64,000 nucleotides of DNA from Deltaproteobacteria bacterium GWC2_65_14 (lineage in GTDB: Bacteria > Desulfobacterota > Deferrimicrobia > Deferrimicrobiales > Deferrimicrobiaceae). Shown here one piece after another: positions 59,615-64,000 of the stretch. The notes beneath the pieces are model-generated. The model was not told where the DNA came from and searched no databases. It saw only the letters and a program-made list of their open reading frames with translations. The stretch is from NCBI GenBank assembly GCA_001797615.1, contig MGPV01000029.1:30583-94582 (forward strand). The letters are read 5' to 3'. The stretch's first letter is position 1. Every line of letters starts with the position of its first letter. A program made the translations under genes and the position numbers.

Positions 59615-60144
59615 GCACCCGGACCGAGCCGATGCCGGCGCTCCTGGTGGCATCCGTGATCTACCGGTCGGAGAATCGTTTCGACGAGGGGGCCGGGCGG
59701 CTTGCCGAGGTCTGGGGGCCGCCCTCGCGGGTCAGCGATCCGTTTCCCTTCGACCGGACCGGATACTACCGGAGGGAGATGGGAGAGCCTCTCCATCGCC
59801 GCTTTTTCGTGGGCTCTACCCCGGTCGGCCGGGATGCGCTCCCGGAGATCAAGCGGTCGGCCGAAATCGTCGAACGGGAATTTTCGGAGGAGGGCCGCCG
59901 GACCCTGAACATCGACCCCGGAATCCTCACGGAGGAGAACTTCGTTCTCGCGACCGGGAAGAACTACAGCCACCGGGTCTACCTCCGCGAGGGAGTCTAT
60001 GCCGACCTGACCCTCCTGTACCGGGGGGGGCGATACGTGGGCCTTCCCTGGACCTATCCCGATTACGCAGGCGAGGAGATCCGGAGGTTTCTCGGGGAGA
60101 TCCGGGAGGAGTTCCGCCGGACGAGAACCCCGCAGCCTGGCTGA
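59611..60144 (+). CDS. DUF4416 family protein
   Basis: YYRREMG, RTLNIDPG, LATGKNYSHRVYL, PWTYPDY. Confidence 0.8.
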   Translation: MSTRTEPMPALLVASVIYRSENRFDEGAGRLAEVWGPPSRVSDPFPFDRTGYYRREMGEPLHRRFFVGSTPVGRDALPEIKRSAEIVEREFSEEGRRTLNIDPGILTEENFVLATGKNYSHRVYLREGVYADLTLLYRGGRYVGLPWTYPDYAGEEIRRFLGEIREEFRRTRTPQPG

Positions 60145-60156
60145 AACGAGGCGACG

Positions 60157-61041
60157 ATGTGGCAGAGCATGACAGGGTATGGACGAGGTGAGGCCCGGGC
60201 GGGGGAGATCTCCGTGACCGCCGAGATCCGCACGGTGAACCACCGTTTCCTGGATCTTCACGTCCGGTGCCCGTCGAAGTACATGGGATGGGAAGTCCGC
60301 GTACGCTCCCTCCTTAGGGAATCGCTTGCGCGCGGGAAGGTGGATCTGTTTCTCGCGGTCCGGGATTGGGGGAAAGCCGGGGCAAGCGTGCAGGTGAACC
60401 GGGAGCTTCTGCGGCGGTTCCTGGACGAGGCCGGGAGAATCCGGGAGGAGCACCGGCTCGAAATGAACCTGTCGGTCCGCGATCTTCTCGGCGTTCCGGA
60501 CCTGTTCGTGTTCGCACCGGAAGGGGACGACGACGCGGAGGAGAACTGGAAGATCGCGGAGGAGGCGGTGCGGGGAGCGATCCGCATGCTTCTCGAAGCG
60601 AGGAGGGTCGAAGGGGAACGGATGCGTTCCGTGATCGGGGAGTCGGTCCGCAGGCTCCGGGAGATCTCGGACGAGATCTCCCCTCTCTCCCGTGAAAACA
60701 AGGAGCTGGCGCTGGCACGGTTCCGGGAGCGGATCGAGTTCCTTTCCGGCGAGGTGGGAACGGACCCGGCGCGGCTTTCCCAGGAAGCGGCCTATCTCGC
60801 GGACCGGCTGGATGTGACGGAGGAGTGCGAGCGGATGGGATCCCACCTCTCCGGGCTGGAGGGGCTGCTCCGGAATCCGGGGGGAGCGGTGGGGAAGCGT
60901 TTCGACTTCCTCATCCAGGAACTGTTCCGGGAGATGAACACGGCCTCGAACAAGTCGGCGCACACCGGGATTTCGGAACGGGTTGTCGAGGCGAAAACGG
61001 AGCTGGAAAAGGTAAGGGAACAGATTCAAAATGTGGAGTAA
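60157..61041 (+). CDS. yicC: YicC/YloC family endoribonuclease
   Basis: SMTGYG, VNHRFLD, GKRFDFLIQE..REMNT, EKVREQIQNVE. Confidence 0.95.
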   Translation: MWQSMTGYGRGEARAGEISVTAEIRTVNHRFLDLHVRCPSKYMGWEVRVRSLLRESLARGKVDLFLAVRDWGKAGASVQVNRELLRRFLDEAGRIREEHRLEMNLSVRDLLGVPDLFVFAPEGDDDAEENWKIAEEAVRGAIRMLLEARRVEGERMRSVIGESVRRLREISDEISPLSRENKELALARFRERIEFLSGEVGTDPARLSQEAAYLADRLDVTEECERMGSHLSGLEGLLRNPGGAVGKRFDFLIQELFREMNTASNKSAHTGISERVVEAKTELEKVREQIQNVE

Positions 61042-61043
61042 GA

Positions 61044-61661
61044 ATGCGAAAAGGTAGTGTTTTTGTTGTATCCGCTCCCTCGGGATCCGGAAAGACGACG
61101 ATCTGCAGGAAGCTCCTCGAACGGGTGGAGGACCTCGAGCTCTCCGTTTCCTACTCGACGAGGCCGCGAAAGAGGGGGGAAGCGGACGGGGTGGATTATT
61201 ATTTCATCACACCCGAAGTTTTTGATAAAATGATAAATTCAAAGGTTTTTTTGGAGCATGCCTTTGTGCACGGGAATCGGTACGGGACCTCCCGGGAGAC
61301 GGTGGAGTCGATCGTTTCCCGCGGGAAGGATGCCCTCCTCGAGATCGACGTCCAGGGGGGGCGGATGGTGAAGGAAACGGTCCCCGGGGCGGTCCTCGTG
61401 GCGATTTTTCCCCCGGACCGCGAGGCGCTGGAGCGCAGGCTGGCCGGAAGGGGGCGGGAAACCCGGGAAGAGATGGACGAGCGGATGAAGGCGGGGGACC
61501 GGGAGGGTCTCGAGCTGCGTTCGTACGAGCACCACGTCGTCAACGACGACCTCGAAACCGCGGTTTCGCAGGTGGAATCGATCATTCGGGCCCATCGGTC
61601 CAGGCAAGAAGGGGATGGGCGCCTCATGGGACGGGACAACTCGAGTACCGGAGAGGAATAG
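61044..61661 (+). CDS. gmk: Guanylate kinase
   Basis: [34 protein letters not shown]. Confidence 0.95.
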   Translation: MRKGSVFVVSAPSGSGKTTICRKLLERVEDLELSVSYSTRPRKRGEADGVDYYFITPEVFDKMINSKVFLEHAFVHGNRYGTSRETVESIVSRGKDALLEIDVQGGRMVKETVPGAVLVAIFPPDREALERRLAGRGRETREEMDERMKAGDREGLELRSYEHHVVNDDLETAVSQVESIIRAHRSRQEGDGRLMGRDNSSTGEE

Positions 61662-61663
61662 CG

Positions 61664-61858
61664 ATGGCCAGAGTCACCGTGGAGGATTGTCTGCATCACG
61701 TTACGAGCCACTTCGAACTGACCGTGGTGGCGGCCAAGCGGGCCAAGCAGCTTCTGGGCGGACAGGGAGCCTCGATCGACACCTCCCAGCGCAGGGACAA
61801 GCCGACGGTGGTCGCCCTGCGGGAGATCGCCCAGGGGACGGTTCGGGTCAAGCGGTAG
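61664..61858 (+). CDS. rpoZ: RNA polymerase omega subunit
   Basis: [29 protein letters not shown]. Confidence 0.96.
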   Translation: MARVTVEDCLHHVTSHFELTVVAAKRAKQLLGGQGASIDTSQRRDKPTVVALREIAQGTVRVKR

Positions 61859-61872
61859 TCCCGGGAGGCGGA

Positions 61873-64000
61873 ATGCTCCGCCTGAACGACATCGTCGAGC
61901 GGGTCCAGGCCACCAGTGCCGAGGCCGACGTCGAGCTCATCCAGAAGGCCTACGTGTTCACGGCGAAGGTCCACCACGGCCAGCTGCGGGAGTCCGGCGA
62001 GCCCTACCTGATCCACCCCTTGAACGTCGCCTACATCCTCGCCGACTGGAACATGGACGAGGAGACCGTGGTCACGGGCCTCCTGCACGACACGGTGGAG
62101 GACACGGTCGCATCCCGGGAGGAGATCGAGGAGCTGTTCGGACCCACCGTCGCGCAGATGGTGGACGGCGTCACGAAGATCAGCCGGGTCGTCCTTTCCG
62201 ACGTCGCCGACCAGAAGGCGGAATCGCTGCGGAAGATGATCCTCGCCATGGGGCGGGACATCCGGGTGATCCTCGTGAAGCTGGCCGACCGGATCCACAA
62301 CATGCGCACCATCGCGCATCTGTCTCCCGACAGGCAGGCCGCCATCGCGCACGAGACGCAGGAGATCTACGCGCCGATCGCGAGCCGCCTCGGGATGTCC
62401 CGCGTAAAGATGGAGCTCGAGGACCTCTGCTTCCAGATTCTCCACCCCGCCGATTACCGGGAGCTGTCCCGGGCGGCCGACGAACGGAAGCGGAACCGGG
62501 AGGCCCATATCCAGAGCGTGACCGCCCTGCTGGAGAAGAAGATCGGGGACGCGGGGCTTTCGGCGGCGGTCACCGGCCGCTCCAAGAACATCGCGGGGAT
62601 CTTCAACAAGATGGCCCGCCAGGCGATCGAGTTCGAGCAGGTCTACGACCTGATCGGCTTCCGGATCATCATGAAGACGGTCCGGGAGGTCTACGAGGTC
62701 CTCGGGATCGTGCACAGCCTCTGGAGGCCGGTCCCGGGACGGTTCAAGGACTACATCGCGATGCCGAAGGCCAACCTGTACCAGTCGCTCCACACGACGG
62801 TGTTCGGACCGAACTCGGAGATGATGGAGATCCAGATCCGGACCGAGGAGATGCACGCGCTGGCGGAATACGGGGTCGCGGCGCACTGGCGATACAAGGA
62901 AGGGAAGCCGTCGACGGACAAGGGCGACCAGATGTTCGTGTGGCTGCGGCAGATCCTGGAGCTGCAGCAGGAGATGAAGGACCCCCGGGAGTTCCTGAAC
63001 ACGGTGAAGGTGGAGCTGTTCCCGGACGAGGTGTACGTCTTCACACCGCGGGGAGATGTGAAGGGGCTCCCCCGGGGAGCCACCCCCATCGATTTCGCCT
63101 ACGCGATCCACACCGAGGTGGGAAACCAGTGCGTCGGGGCGAAGCTGAACGGAAGAATGGTCCCCCTGAGGACCGCGCTGAAGAACGGGGACGTGGTGGA
63201 GATCCTCACGAGCTCCTCCCACCGGCCGAGCAAGGACTGGCTGAAGATCGCCAAGACGAGCAGGGCCCTGAACAAGATCCGGGCCTTCGTCCGGGAGGAG
63301 CAGCAGGAGCACAGCCTCGCGGTAGGGCGCCAGATCCTCGAGAGGGAGTTTCGGAAATACGGGATTTCGCTGAACCGGGCGCTGAAGGCGCCGGAGTTTC
63401 TCGAGATCCTCCAGGAGAACCGCTTCAAGGGCCCGGACGACTACTTCGTCGCGGTCGGGTACGGGAAGGTCTCCCTCGTTCCCCTCCTGCGGAAGCTGGT
63501 TCCCCCGGACCAGCTGCAGGAGCGGGGGAAGGAAACCCGCCTGGGAGCGCTGATCCGGAAGGTGATGCCGCGCAAGCCGAGCGCGGTGATCGTCAAGGGC
63601 GTGGACGACATGTTTTCCAGGCTGGCGAACTGCTGCCACCCGGTCCCCGGCGATCCGATCGTCGGGTTCATCACCCGGGGGCGCGGCGTGACGATCCACT
63701 CCCGCGACTGTCCGCGGGCGCTGGAGGTCGACCCGGCGAGGTCGATCGACGTGGTCTGGCAGGAGGGGACGAAGGCCTCCCACCCGGTGAAGCTCAAGGT
63801 CATATGCCTAGACAAGCCGGGGCTTCTCGCCGACATCTCGAGGACGATCACGGCGAGCGACGTCGACATCCGGAGGGCCGTCGTGATGACCACGAAGGAC
63901 AAGCGGGCGATCTGCAGCTTCGACGTCTCGGTGAAAGATGCGTCCCACCTGTCCGCCCTCATCAAGGCGATCGAGAAGGTCAAGAACGTCTACACCGTGG
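61873..64000 (+). CDS. spoT: Bifunctional (p)ppGpp synthetase/hydrolase RelA/SpoT (stop codon just outside window)
   Basis: Hand translation: GQLRESGEPYLIHP, LLHDTVEDT (HD), VKLADRIHNMRT, RFKDYIAMPK..YQSLHT, EIQIRT, TGS (PIDFAYAIHT), ACT. Confidence 0.93.
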   Translation, partial: MLRLNDIVERVQATSAEADVELIQKAYVFTAKVHHGQLRESGEPYLIHPLNVAYILADWNMDEETVVTGLLHDTVEDTVASREEIEELFGPTVAQMVDGVTKISRVVLSDVADQKAESLRKMILAMGRDIRVILVKLADRIHNMRTIAHLSPDRQAAIAHETQEIYAPIASRLGMSRVKMELEDLCFQILHPADYRELSRAADERKRNREAHIQSVTALLEKKIGDAGLSAAVTGRSKNIAGIFNKMARQAIEFEQVYDLIGFRIIMKTVREVYEVLGIVHSLWRPVPGRFKDYIAMPKANLYQSLHTTVFGPNSEMMEIQIRTEEMHALAEYGVAAHWRYKEGKPSTDKGDQMFVWLRQILELQQEMKDPREFLNTVKVELFPDEVYVFTPRGDVKGLPRGATPIDFAYAIHTEVGNQCVGAKLNGRMVPLRTALKNGDVVEILTSSSHRPSKDWLKIAKTSRALNKIRAFVREEQQEHSLAVGRQILEREFRKYGISLNRALKAPEFLEILQENRFKGPDDYFVAVGYGKVSLVPLLRKLVPPDQLQERGKETRLGALIRKVMPRKPSAVIVKGVDDMFSRLANCCHPVPGDPIVGFITRGRGVTIHSRDCPRALEVDPARSIDVVWQEGTKASHPVKLKVICLDKPGLLADISRTITASDVDIRRAVVMTTKDKRAICSFDVSVKDASHLSALIKAIEKVKNVYTV

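Overview
High-GC bacterial chromosomal segment. Gene content and order resemble Deltaproteobacteria such as Desulfuromonadales or MBNT15 (inference). Most of it is core genome: T2SS gspCDEF (minus strand, gspF cut by the window edge); glnS/gltX beside tRNA-Gln(CUG) and tRNA-Glu(CUC); a yceD-rpmF-plsX-fab-rpiB-glyA-nrdR-rib-nusB-leuS-lptE-holA run; rpsT, ogt and mazG; a TPR + DUF4388 pair; phoH-ybeY-lnt-prfB (programmed +1 frameshift)-lysS; the lol/bamA/lipid A/LPS cluster; and yicC-gmk-rpoZ-spoT. The one clear accessory region is a 3.9 kb decayed integrative element (7226-11136) inserted in tRNA-Glu and bounded by a perfect 48-bp direct repeat. It carries a broken tyrosine integrase and three co-oriented cargo genes: an apparently leaderless PemK/MazF(YifN)-like gene, a SEC-C + Xre/MbcA/ParS-like fusion, and a class II Fic protein whose promoter is overlapped by one of two duplicated palindromic elements. 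This is the best candidate for an undescribed toxin-antitoxin or defence module. Other signals include an HcpR/FNR-type box, a motif shared by two translation-related promoters, a DnaA-box-like array, an MshEN-like motif in the DUF4388 protein and a gnnA-like gene between lpxA and lpxB. All calls come from reading the sequence by eye; no searches were run.
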